Assembly (NCBI GenBank): GCA_964422695.1
Contig: CAYRBX010000001.1
Span: forward strand, 1-30,265
Length of the DNA: 30,265 nt
Source: an uncultured Dehalococcoidia bacterium
GTDB lineage: Bacteria; Chloroflexota; Dehalococcoidia; SZUA-161; CAYRBX01
Direction: 5' to 3'
Within the stretch, counting starts at the first letter, position 1, and each line of letters begins with the position of its first letter. The notes below the pieces were generated by a model, which made no database searches, was not told where the DNA came from, and was given only the letters and a program-made list of their open reading frames with translations. The translations under genes and the position numbers were made by a program. Positions 1 to 10,240 of this stretch are shown in pieces.

Positions 1-1377
<1,377 letters not shown>

Positions 1378-1408
1378 CAGACCCGGCAGAGACCCATTCG
1401 ATATTCGG

Positions 1409-1483
<75 letters not shown>

Positions 1484-1495
1484 AAAAAGGAAATG

Positions 1496-1530
1496 AAGGG
1501 CAGGGGATTGCTCCCCTGCCCTTTTCTTTT
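1496..1530 (+). terminator. Intrinsic terminator of the rrl-tRNA transcript, possibly bidirectional
   Basis: Perfect 12-bp stem AAGGGCAGGGGA (1496-1507), loop TTGC, TCCCCTGCCCTT (1512-1523), then TTCTTTT; A-tract upstream. Confidence 0.9.
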
Positions 1531-1550
1531 GGCCTTCAGGGGAGCTCGAG

Positions 1551-2210
1551 ATGACGGAAGCTGTGGTTTTCGATCTCGACGGGACGCTCATCGATACGAT
1601 CGGCTTTTACGTGGAGCTCGCAAACGCCCTTCGCGCCCGCCTCTCCCTTCCTCCCCTCCCCGAGAGAGCGGTGAAGGACTGGCTCTGGAGGGGATGGGGG
1701 GATTTCAAGCTCCTCATACCCGAAATCAAAGCCGAGATCGACCCCCTTCGCCTCTACGCCGAGATCTTCGAGGAGAGCGCCTTCACACCCTCCCTCTTCC
1801 CCGGCCTCAAGGAGACCATCATCGCCCTCTGGGAGAGGGGGGTGAAGCTTGGAATTGTGACCGCCACCGATCATCCCAAATACGCGAAATGGAAGCTTCA
1901 GCCTCTGGAGAGGGAGGGCCTCCTCCCCCTCTTCAAAACCATAGTGAGCGAGGCCGATTTCCCCGCCCGCAAGCCCTCTCCCGATCCGATCTTGGAGTGC
2001 CTCAGGAGGCTCGGGGCGAAGCCCCAGAACGCGATCTCCGTAGGAGATTCCCCCCTCGATATAAGAGCGGGGAAGGCCGCCGGCACCATCACGGTGGGAG
2101 TGCTCACGGGCGTTTCCGATTATGAGCTTCTGGCCGCCGAAAGCCCCTCGGCCATCCTCCAGAGCGCCTCGGAGCTCCTCTCCCTCCCCTTCCTCAAATC
2201 CTCCCCTTAG
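1551..2210 (+). CDS. HAD-family hydrolase (phosphoglycolate phosphatase-like)
   Basis: Motif I FDLDGTLID, motif II IVT, motif III RKPSPD, motif IV VGDSPLD. Confidence 0.9.
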   Translation: MTEAVVFDLDGTLIDTIGFYVELANALRARLSLPPLPERAVKDWLWRGWGDFKLLIPEIKAEIDPLRLYAEIFEESAFTPSLFPGLKETIIALWERGVKLGIVTATDHPKYAKWKLQPLEREGLLPLFKTIVSEADFPARKPSPDPILECLRRLGAKPQNAISVGDSPLDIRAGKAAGTITVGVLTGVSDYELLAAESPSAILQSASELLSLPFLKSSP

Positions 2211-2249
2211 GGCATAATTGGGGTGGAGGAGAAAAAATAAGGAGGGGGG

Positions 2250-3638
2250 ATGAAATTCCGCAAGTTCTTGGAGGAGCTTGAGAGAAGAGGGGAGCTCAGA
2301 AGGGTGAAGAAGGAGGTGGATATAAAGTTCGAATCGACCGCCATCCTCAAGCGGGCTGAGAGGGAGAGAGGCCCCGCCATCTTCTTCGAGAAGCTCAGAG
2401 GGTATCCTCAGAGGAGCATGGTCGGCAATTTGTTCTCAACCGAGGAGAGGATAGCTCTGGCGATGGGAGCGAGGGAGGGGATCCCTCCGCGCAAGGCCGC
2501 GGCCGAGCGCCTCATGGAGCTTTACGCCGCCGCTCCCCAAGCCGTGAAGCCTCCGAAGCTCGTGGAGACGAGTCCCGCAAAGGAGGTGATCCTCAAAGAG
2601 GATTTCGACCTCATGAGGGAGATCCCCGTCCCCACGCATTGCGAGAAGGACGGAGGCCCTTACATAGCGGCGGGGGTGGTGATCGCGAAGCATCCGGATA
2701 CCGGGGAGAGGATCGTTCAGATAATAGAGATGCAGGTGAAGGGCAAAAGCAAGATCGCCATCTCCCCCGTCCTTCCCCTCATGCCTCAGGCTTTCGCCCG
2801 AGCCGAGGAGATGGGAAAGCCCCTTGAGATCGCCATCGCCATAGGAGTGGAGCCGGCATTGCTCCTCGCCGCCGCCACCGCTCCCGAGATCGCCGCTCTG
2901 GACAAATACGAGCTTGCAAGCCTCTTCTCGGGGGAGCCGCTGGAGATCGTTCGAGCCGAAACGGTGGATCTCGAAATCCCCGCCGATGCCGAATTCGTAA
3001 TAGAAGGGGAGGTGATCCCCGGAGCAAGAGAAAGTATGGGCCCTTACGGGGATTACCTCCGCACTTACTACTGGGTGGAGAGCAAGCCTGTAATAGAAGC
3101 GAAGGCCATAACCATGAGGAAGGAGCCCATATATCAGGACATCCTCGCCGACGGCTTGGAGACCGTGCTCCTTGTAGCGCTCCCCAATGAGGTGGAGCTT
3201 TTGAGGAAGCTCAAATCCCTCTTCCCCTTCGTTGAAGATGTTTACCTCACCCGCAGCAGCTCCTCTCATCACGCCATCATCAGCGTGAGGAAGATGAGAG
3301 ATGAGGATATAAGGCCTCTCATAAACTGGACTTTAGCGACCGCCACTCTCGTGAAACATCTCATTGTGGTTGATGCCGATGATGTCGATCCGACAAATCC
3401 TGATGAGGTCGAATGGGCTTTGGTGACGCGAGTGAGAGCAGATAAAGATGTGGTGATAATCCCCGGCTTCTACGGCTCTCCTCTCGATCCCTCAAGCGAG
3501 AAGGGATTTTGGACCAAAATGGGCATCGATGCCACACGTCCTCTCACCGTTCCGAGAGAGAGATTTGAGAAATCAGATGTCCCCTCAGAAGTGAAGAGGA
3601 AAGTGGAGGAGAGGTGGGAGGATTACTTTAAAGAATGA
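2250..3638 (+). CDS. UbiD-family (de)carboxylase-fold protein with substituted prFMN/Mn-binding and catalytic residues
   Basis: Recognisable UbiD segments GPAIFFEK, DGGPYIAAGVVIAK, AIAIGVEP, IPADAEFVIEG, GPYGD, IVVDADDVDP...VEWALVTR, KMGIDATRP; SD GGAGGGGGG upstream. Confidence 0.88.
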   Translation: MKFRKFLEELERRGELRRVKKEVDIKFESTAILKRAERERGPAIFFEKLRGYPQRSMVGNLFSTEERIALAMGAREGIPPRKAAAERLMELYAAAPQAVKPPKLVETSPAKEVILKEDFDLMREIPVPTHCEKDGGPYIAAGVVIAKHPDTGERIVQIIEMQVKGKSKIAISPVLPLMPQAFARAEEMGKPLEIAIAIGVEPALLLAAATAPEIAALDKYELASLFSGEPLEIVRAETVDLEIPADAEFVIEGEVIPGARESMGPYGDYLRTYYWVESKPVIEAKAITMRKEPIYQDILADGLETVLLVALPNEVELLRKLKSLFPFVEDVYLTRSSSSHHAIISVRKMRDEDIRPLINWTLATATLVKHLIVVDADDVDPTNPDEVEWALVTRVRADKDVVIIPGFYGSPLDPSSEKGFWTKMGIDATRPLTVPRERFEKSDVPSEVKRKVEERWEDYFKE

Positions 3639-4573
3639 AAACCGGGTTTCATAAGCCCGTTCTCCTGAAAGAAGTGCTTGAAGCTCTCTCCCCAAAACCG
3701 GGCGGGAAGTACATAGATTGCACGGTGGGAAGCGGGGGGCATGCGAAAGCCATTTTGGAGCGAATTGTTCCGGAAGGAAGGCTGCTGGGAATAGATATCG
3801 ATCCTGAAGCTATAGAGCTTTCGGTTCAAAATTTGAGGCAATTCGGAAGCAATGTGAATCTCGTAAATGCAGATTACGCATTTCTTGAAGAGATCGCCTC
3901 TCAGTATGGATTTGAAAAAGTCGACGGCATTCTCTTCGATTTGGGAATAGCTTCCTTTCAGATCGAAAACGGAAAGAGAGGTTTTAGCTTTAATATCGAA
4001 GGGCCTCTTGATATGCGCTACAATCCCTACCAGCAATCTCTCACCGCTGCAGAGGTCGTAAATACCTATCATCCCAAAGAGCTTGCTCGAATTTTGAGAG
4101 AATTCGGAGAGGAGCCGAGAGCTTGGAGAATCGCTCAGGAAATAGTAAAAGCTCGCAAAGCGCGCGATATCGAAACCACTTTGGAATTGGCGAGAATAGT
4201 GGAAAAAGTTTACGGAGGAAGAGAGGGTTTTCGCATTCACCCGGCCACCCGCACCTTCCTGGCCTTGAGGATTTTCGTCAATCGAGAGCTCGAGAAGCTC
4301 GAACTCGCCCTCAGGCAGGCGGTAAAGCTCCTCTCCCCCGGGGGAAGAATTGTCGTGATCACCTTCCATTCTCTGGAAGATCGCTTGGTGAAGAGATTCT
4401 TCGAAGAGGAAGCCAAAAATTGTATCTGTCCTCCTCGAATTCCTCAGTGCGTTTGCGGCCACAGAGCTTCCCTTAGGATCATCACCAAAAAGCCCATTCG
4501 CACTTCCGAAGAGGAGAAGGAGGAAAATCCCAGGAGCAGAAGCGCTAAGATGAGAGTCGCCGAGAAGATCTGA
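3635..4573 (+). CDS. rsmH: 16S rRNA m4C1402 methyltransferase RsmH (MraW)
   Basis: HKPVLL, DCTVGSGGHA, DLGIASFQ, RGFSF, PLDMRY, HPATRTFLALRIFVNREL, ITFHSLEDRLVK, NPRSRSAKMR; ATGA overlap with the upstream stop. Confidence 0.97.
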   Translation: MKTGFHKPVLLKEVLEALSPKPGGKYIDCTVGSGGHAKAILERIVPEGRLLGIDIDPEAIELSVQNLRQFGSNVNLVNADYAFLEEIASQYGFEKVDGILFDLGIASFQIENGKRGFSFNIEGPLDMRYNPYQQSLTAAEVVNTYHPKELARILREFGEEPRAWRIAQEIVKARKARDIETTLELARIVEKVYGGREGFRIHPATRTFLALRIFVNRELEKLELALRQAVKLLSPGGRIVVITFHSLEDRLVKRFFEEEAKNCICPPRIPQCVCGHRASLRIITKKPIRTSEEEKEENPRSRSAKMRVAEKI

Positions 4574-4584
4574 AAGGCCGAGAC

Positions 4585-4615
4585 TTGAAATATCTCACCC
4601 CCTTCATGTTATACT
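4585..4615 (+). promoter_or_regulatory. Putative sigma70-type promoter with extended -10 for ftsA-ftsZ-nrdJ
   Basis: TG-T-TATACT at 4607-4615; TTGAAA at 4585-4590 with a long 19-nt spacer; about 35 nt upstream of the ftsA ATG. Confidence 0.6.
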
Positions 4616-4650
4616 TTCACTAATCGAAAATACGGGGGCGAAGGGGAGAG

Positions 4651-5883
4651 ATGGAGAAGATCCTTACGGCCATAGATGTAGGGACGTATAAAGTCTGCTG
4701 TCTTATAGGCTCTCTTGAGGCGGAGGGATTGAAGATCATAGGACAGGGGGTTGTTCCGAGCCGGGGCCTTCATAAGGGATTGGTGGTCAATATCGATGAA
4801 GTTCGCGCTTCCGTTCGCGAAGCCGTCATCCGGGCCGAGCAGATGGCCGGATTGAGGGTGGAGTGGGCGTTTGTGGGGATCACCGGAGCTCATGTGAGCT
4901 CTCTCAACACGAAGGCCACGGTGGCCATTTCGCGAAGCGATAGGCTCGTAACCCCCGATGCTCTGAGGCGCGTTCTGCAAATCGCCCGGAGCGTTGTTCC
5001 CGTTCCCAGCGATAAGATGATCCTCCACGTCATCCCTCGCCGCTATGTGCTCGATGACGGGATAGCGGTGGCCAATCCGGTGGGGATGTACGCCGAGAAG
5101 CTGGATGCCGAAGTTCATCTGGTGATGGCGGCGGCGACTTCGGTGAGGAACCTCATAAGGGCGATTCAAGGTCTCGGAATTGAGATAAGAGATCTCATCT
5201 TGGAGCCTCTGGCGAGCGCGGAAGCGGTGCTCACCGAGGAGGAGAAGGAGAAGGGCGTCATCTTGGCCGATATAGGAGGGGGGACTACGGATATCGTCCT
5301 CTTCCGCGAGGGGAGCATCTGGCACTCCTCGGTCCTCCCGGTGGGGGGCTATCAGGTCACTCGAGATATCTTCATCTGCATGAACATACCTTTCGAGATC
5401 GCGGAGGAGATGAAGAAGAAGTACGGGGATGTGAGCCCCCGCTACGAGCCCTCCCCGCCGGAGGAAGGAGCTCTTGCGACCGATAAGACCCCCGCTCCGA
5501 GCAGGGAATTCTACGAGATCCTCAGAGCCAGAGTGGAGGAGATCCTTCACCTCATAGTAGCCGAAGTTTCGGCTTATGGCGATCGAAGGGAGATAGCGCC
5601 CGCCGGCCTCGTGCTCACCGGAGGGACCTCCAACCTCAGGGGCATCGATGAGCTGGGGCGGGAGATTCTGGGGATTCCGGTGAGAGTGGGGAGGCCGCAG
5701 AATCTGACCGGGCTCTGCGAGGGGCTTGCGGATCCGGCTTACGCCACGAGCGTGGGCCTCATCCTCTGGGGGGTGAAGCACTTGGGAGAGGAGAGGTGGA
5801 AGGGGAGGGAGCTCGGCCGGGACTTCAAAGGCGCTTTGCGCCGCTTCTTCAAAGCTCTCGGGCGCTTTTTCACCGGCGGATGA
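4651..5883 (+). CDS. ftsA: Cell division protein FtsA
   Basis: AIDVGTYKV, GLHKGLVVNI, LEPLASAEAVL, DIGGGTTD, VLTGGTS, PAYATSVGL, C-terminal amphipathic helix FKGALRRFFKALGRFF. Confidence 0.97.
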   Translation: MEKILTAIDVGTYKVCCLIGSLEAEGLKIIGQGVVPSRGLHKGLVVNIDEVRASVREAVIRAEQMAGLRVEWAFVGITGAHVSSLNTKATVAISRSDRLVTPDALRRVLQIARSVVPVPSDKMILHVIPRRYVLDDGIAVANPVGMYAEKLDAEVHLVMAAATSVRNLIRAIQGLGIEIRDLILEPLASAEAVLTEEEKEKGVILADIGGGTTDIVLFREGSIWHSSVLPVGGYQVTRDIFICMNIPFEIAEEMKKKYGDVSPRYEPSPPEEGALATDKTPAPSREFYEILRARVEEILHLIVAEVSAYGDRREIAPAGLVLTGGTSNLRGIDELGREILGIPVRVGRPQNLTGLCEGLADPAYATSVGLILWGVKHLGEERWKGRELGRDFKGALRRFFKALGRFFTGG

Positions 5884-5926
5884 GGGAGTTAAATTAAAGA
5901 GTAAGAAAATGCCTGAGGGAGGGGAG

Positions 5927-7003
5927 ATGAAGGCGGAAAACGAGGAATTCAGCATTTACCCGGCGAAGATCAAGGTCGTCGGAATAGGGGGCGGCGGCTG
6001 CAACGCCGTCGAGCGAATGTACGAGGAGGGAATCGAAGGAGTTGAGTTCATCGCAGCCAACAGCGATGTTCAGCATCTCGCCGGCCTCAAGGTTCCGAAC
6101 AAGATCCAGCTTGGGAAGAAGCTGACCAGAGGCCTCGGAGTGGGGGGAGATCCCGAGCTCGGGGAGAAGGCGGCCGAGGAGAGCCGCGAGGCCTTGGCCG
6201 AGGCGGTCAAGGGAAGCGATCTCGTGTTCCTCACCGCCGGGATGGGAGGGGGAACGGGAACGGGAGGCATTCCCATCTTGGCGGAGATCTGCAAGGAGGC
6301 CAAAGCCCTCACCGTCGCCGTGGTGACCCTTCCCTTCAGCTTTGAGGGAACTCACAGAGCTAAGGTGGCCGAAGAGGGCCTCATCAAACTTCAGGATAAG
6401 GTGGACACCCTCATCGTGATCCCGAACGACAGGCTTCTGGAGCTGGCGGATCAGCGCCTCCTCTTCCGCGATGCCTTCCGCATGGCGGACGAAGCTCTTT
6501 ACGCCGGGGTGAAGGGCATTTCGGAGCTCGTGACGGTTCAGGGGGTTATAAATCTGGATCTCGCGGATCTCCGCGCGGTTCTCTCCAATGCGGGCCCCGC
6601 CTGGATGGCCATAGGGCGGGCGACCGGTCACAATCGGGCTGTGGAGGCGGCGAAGAACGCCCTCTCAAGCCCTCTTCTGGGAACTCCCATCAAAGATGCC
6701 AAGCGCATACTCTACTCCATCATGGGAGGTCCGGATCTCACCCTTCATGAGGTGAAGGAAGTCGGAGATTTCATCCGCTCGGTGGCCGCTCCCGACGCCA
6801 TGATCATCTTCGGGGTGGTTCAGAACGAGGAAATAAGCGATGAGATAAGGATCATCCTCGTGGCCACCGGCTTCCCCGCTCCTTCTCCCAAGAGGAGGGA
6901 GAGGAAGCCCTCCCTCGCCGAGGAGAGAGAGGAGCTCGCCAGCTTGAAGGAAGGGGAGAAGCTGGATATCCCCACCTTCTTGCGACGCGCGGCCCTTCGC
7001 TGA
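5927..7003 (+). CDS. ftsZ: Cell division protein FtsZ
   Basis: IKVVGIGGGGCNAV, TRGLGVGGDP, GMGGGTGTGG tubulin signature, PFSFEG, NLDLAD, C-terminal LDIPTFLRR. ATG 5927 chosen for its SD GGAGGGGAG; the ORF track starts at 5909. Confidence 0.98.
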   Translation: MKAENEEFSIYPAKIKVVGIGGGGCNAVERMYEEGIEGVEFIAANSDVQHLAGLKVPNKIQLGKKLTRGLGVGGDPELGEKAAEESREALAEAVKGSDLVFLTAGMGGGTGTGGIPILAEICKEAKALTVAVVTLPFSFEGTHRAKVAEEGLIKLQDKVDTLIVIPNDRLLELADQRLLFRDAFRMADEALYAGVKGISELVTVQGVINLDLADLRAVLSNAGPAWMAIGRATGHNRAVEAAKNALSSPLLGTPIKDAKRILYSIMGGPDLTLHEVKEVGDFIRSVAAPDAMIIFGVVQNEEISDEIRIILVATGFPAPSPKRRERKPSLAEEREELASLKEGEKLDIPTFLRRAALR

Positions 7004-7026
7004 AGCCTGAAGCGGCGGGATAGGAG

Positions 7027-9582
7027 ATGAACTTCAAGAAGGAGGAGCAGAAGCTCTACTCCCGCATAGTGAGGGCCATCTTCGAGACGGCGGAGACCAT
7101 GGGGATCGCCGAGAGGGAGGCTCTGGAGCAGCTCTCCAGGCAGGTGATAGAGCGCCTCCGCCGCCGCCCCCTTCCCGGGCTGGAGGAATTCGTTCCGGAA
7201 GCCAAGATCTTCCGTTTCTCCGATGCGGAGATCGAGCACATCGCGAAGGAGGTGATCTCGGAGGAGCTGAAGAGGAAAAAGCCCTCCCGGCGCATAACCC
7301 TCGTCTCCCCCGAGATCCCGTCCGAGGAGGAGATAAAGCTCACCCCCACCGCCAAAGCGGTTTTGGAGAGGAGGTATTTGAAGAAAGACGAGAAGGGGAG
7401 GGTGATCGAAACCCCCAAGGAATTGTTCCAGAGGGTGGCGCGTCATATCGCTTCGGCCGAGAGGATTTACGATCCCGACGCCGATGTCGAGAAGTGGGAG
7501 AGGGAGTTCTTCCGCCTCATGGCCAACTTGGAGTTCCTTCCCAACTCCCCCACCTTGATGAACGCCGGAAGGGAGCTCGGGCAGCTCTCCGCCTGCTTCG
7601 TCATCCCCATCGAGGATTCGATGGATTCCATCTTCGATGCCGTCAAATACACGGCTCTCATTCACAAGAGCGGCGGGGGAACCGGCTTCTCCTTCTCGAG
7701 GCTCCGGCCGGAATCCGATAGGGTGGGCTCCACCGGGGGGGTCGCGAGCGGCCCCGTATCCTTCATGAGGGTTTTCGACACGGCGACCGATGTGATCAAA
7801 CAGGGGGGGATGAGGCGGGGCGCCAATATGGCCATCCTCCGGGTGGATCACCCCGATATCCTGAAGTTCATAACGGCGAAGGAGGATCCCAGAGCTTTCA
7901 CGAATTTCAACCTCTCGGTGGCCGTTCCCGATGAGTTCATGGAGAAGGTCGAGAGAGGGGAGGATTACGATCTCATAAATCCTCGAACAGGGGAGGCGGT
8001 GGGGAGGCTAAATGCGAAAGAGGTCTTCGATAAGATCGTCGAAATGGCTTGGAAGACGGGAGATCCCGGCCTCGTTTTCATAGATCGAATAAACCGGGAT
8101 AATCCCACCCCTCACCTCGGACAAATAGAATCCACAAATCCCTGCGGGGAGCAGCCCCTGCTTCCCTTCGAATCATGCAATCTGGGCTCGATAAACCTCT
8201 CCAAGATGCTCAAAGAGGAAAACGGAAGATTTGTGATCGATTGGGAGAAATTGAGAAAGACGGTGTGGGTGGCCGTCAGATTTCTCGATAATGTGATCGA
8301 TGTCAACAAATATCCTCTCCCTCAAATCGAGGAAATGACCAAGAAGACGAGGAAAATAGGTCTCGGAGTTATGGGCTTCGCCGATATGCTCATCAAAATG
8401 GGAGTTCCTTATGATTCCGAGGAAGCTCTTCGGATCGCAGAGGAGGTAATGGAATTCATCGACACCGAAGCGCTAAAGGCCTCAGAATCTCTGGCAGAAG
8501 AGAGGGGAGTATTTCCGGCTTTCAAGGGGAGCATTTACGATCGGCCGGGCGGTCCCAAGGTGAGAAATGCCACAAGAACCACAATCGCCCCCACAGGAAC
8601 GCTGAGCATTATCGCAGGATGCTCTTCCGGAATAGAGCCTTTATTCGCCATAGCTTTCGTTCGTCACATCCTCGAGGGGGAGCATTTCATAGAGGTGAAT
8701 CCCCTGTTCGAGGAGATCGCCAAGAAAGAGGGATTCTGGAGCGAGGAGCTCATGAAGAAAGTCGCCGAAAAGGGGAGCATTCAGGATATGGAGGAAATCC
8801 CACCTCATATAAGAAGGCTTTTCGTCACGGCTCATGATATAGCTCCCGAATGGCATGTTCGAATGCAGGCGGCCTTTCAGAAACACACCAACAACGCCGT
8901 ATCCAAAACCGTAAACCTCCCTCATCACGCCACGAAGGAGGATGTCGCCAGGGTATTCTTCCAAGCTTTCAGAGAGGGATGTAAGGGGATTACGGTCTTT
9001 CGAGATCGATGCAGGGAGGATCAGGTTCTGAGCGTGGGGCTCAAGGGGAAGGAGGAGAGGGCCGCTCCGGCGGAGGAGAAGCTCGTTCCCCGTCCCAGAC
9101 CTCGGACGACTCGAGGGGTGACGGAGAGGGTGACGACGGGATGCGGCAACCTCTACGTCACCGTCAATTTCGACGACAAGGGGCCGTGCGAGGTCTTCTC
9201 CAGTTTGGGGAAGGCGGGAGGGTGCGCCTCGGCTCAGCTTGAGGCCATGTGCCGCCTTATCTCCCTGGCCCTGCGGGCCGGAGTGGATGCGAAGGCCATA
9301 GTGAAGCACCTGAGGGGCATTCGCTGTCCTTCCATCGCTTGGGATGAAGGCCAGGCCGTTCTCTCCTGCGCCGATGCCATAGGAATGGTGCTTCAGAAAT
9401 ACACCCAATCTCAAACCCTCCCCCTCTCGGAAAAGCCCTCGCGAAATCAAAATCAGGAAGCGGAGATCGAAGAGGCCTTTCAGGGGAATCTCGCCGGACA
9501 ATGCCCCGATTGCGGGAGCATTCTCGTCTATCAGGAGGGTTGCTTCATCTGCCATAGCTGCGGCTACACCAAGTGCGGATGA
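7027..9582 (+). CDS. nrdJ: Class II (adenosylcobalamin-dependent) ribonucleotide reductase with TSCPD/Zn-ribbon C-terminus
   Basis: FLPNSPTLMNAG, LSACFV, GGGTGFSFS, RRGANM, STNPCGEQPL, CNLGSINL, TIAPTGT, VSKTVN, C-terminal CPDCG..QEGCFICHSCGYTKCG. No intein seen. Confidence 0.96.
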   Translation: MNFKKEEQKLYSRIVRAIFETAETMGIAEREALEQLSRQVIERLRRRPLPGLEEFVPEAKIFRFSDAEIEHIAKEVISEELKRKKPSRRITLVSPEIPSEEEIKLTPTAKAVLERRYLKKDEKGRVIETPKELFQRVARHIASAERIYDPDADVEKWEREFFRLMANLEFLPNSPTLMNAGRELGQLSACFVIPIEDSMDSIFDAVKYTALIHKSGGGTGFSFSRLRPESDRVGSTGGVASGPVSFMRVFDTATDVIKQGGMRRGANMAILRVDHPDILKFITAKEDPRAFTNFNLSVAVPDEFMEKVERGEDYDLINPRTGEAVGRLNAKEVFDKIVEMAWKTGDPGLVFIDRINRDNPTPHLGQIESTNPCGEQPLLPFESCNLGSINLSKMLKEENGRFVIDWEKLRKTVWVAVRFLDNVIDVNKYPLPQIEEMTKKTRKIGLGVMGFADMLIKMGVPYDSEEALRIAEEVMEFIDTEALKASESLAEERGVFPAFKGSIYDRPGGPKVRNATRTTIAPTGTLSIIAGCSSGIEPLFAIAFVRHILEGEHFIEVNPLFEEIAKKEGFWSEELMKKVAEKGSIQDMEEIPPHIRRLFVTAHDIAPEWHVRMQAAFQKHTNNAVSKTVNLPHHATKEDVARVFFQAFREGCKGITVFRDRCREDQVLSVGLKGKEERAAPAEEKLVPRPRPRTTRGVTERVTTGCGNLYVTVNFDDKGPCEVFSSLGKAGGCASAQLEAMCRLISLALRAGVDAKAIVKHLRGIRCPSIAWDEGQAVLSCADAIGMVLQKYTQSQTLPLSEKPSRNQNQEAEIEEAFQGNLAGQCPDCGSILVYQEGCFICHSCGYTKCG

Positions 9583-10235
9583 GCTCTGAGAGAGGAGCTC
9601 TGTGGGATCTCGACGGGGTGATAGTCGACAGCGGCCCCTTCCATTTCCGAGCTTGGCGGAGGATCGCCGGGCTTCTGGGAAGAGATCTCGCCCCCGAGGA
9701 ATTCAGAGCTTCCTTCGGCCTTCGCAATGAGGACATCCTGCGCCGCTTCTTCGGGATCTCGGATCCCGAGAGAGCTTCGGAGCTCGCCCGGAGGAAAGAG
9801 GAATTCTTCCGGGAGGAGATAAGGGGAAAGATCCAGCCTCAGCCGGGAGCGATGGAGCTCCTTCGCCTCTTCGAAGATCTCGGTTTCGCTCAAGCTCTCG
9901 TCTCATCCACTCCTCGGGAGAACATAGATCTCATCCTCTCCGCTCTTGAGATCCGGGATTTCTTCTCGGCGATCATAAGCGGGGAGGATGTGAGGAGAGG
10001 AAAGCCGGATCCCGAGGGCTATCTTCTGGCCGCACGAAAGCTTGGAATCGCTCCGGAGAACTGCGTGGTTATAGAAGATGCCGTGGCCGGGGTGCAGGCC
10101 GCAAGAGCCGCGGGAATGAAATGCATCGCCGTCGCAACCACCTACCCTCCTGAAGCTTTAAAAGATGCGGATCTCGTCGTTCAAACTCTGAAGGAAGTGA
10201 ATTCCAAGATCTTAGAAGATCTCTTCGGGAGGTAG
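9579..10235 (+). CDS. HAD-family phosphatase (beta-phosphoglucomutase/CbbY-like)
   Basis: WDLDGVIVDS, VSST, GKPDPEGY, VIEDAVAGVQAA; ATG 9579 overlaps the nrdJ stop (ATGA). Confidence 0.92.
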   Translation: MSSERGALWDLDGVIVDSGPFHFRAWRRIAGLLGRDLAPEEFRASFGLRNEDILRRFFGISDPERASELARRKEEFFREEIRGKIQPQPGAMELLRLFEDLGFAQALVSSTPRENIDLILSALEIRDFFSAIISGEDVRRGKPDPEGYLLAARKLGIAPENCVVIEDAVAGVQAARAAGMKCIAVATTYPPEALKDADLVVQTLKEVNSKILEDLFGR

Positions 10236-10240
10236 AGATC

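Noticed and set aside
2211-2249. Possible promoter (CATAAT) or MraZ boxes upstream of the UbiD-like gene; NrdR boxes upstream of ftsA/nrdJ
   Set aside because: No convincing -35 element, regularly spaced GTGGG repeats or NrdR palindrome.
4609-7851. Long antisense ORFs opposite ftsA, ftsZ and nrdJ (448, 245, 343 aa)
   Set aside because: Shadow frames of GC-rich, codon-biased genes; no motifs or start signals.
7027-9582. Intein or intron in nrdJ
   Set aside because: Length and motif spacing fit an uninterrupted class II RNR; no splice-junction or LAGLIDADG motifs.
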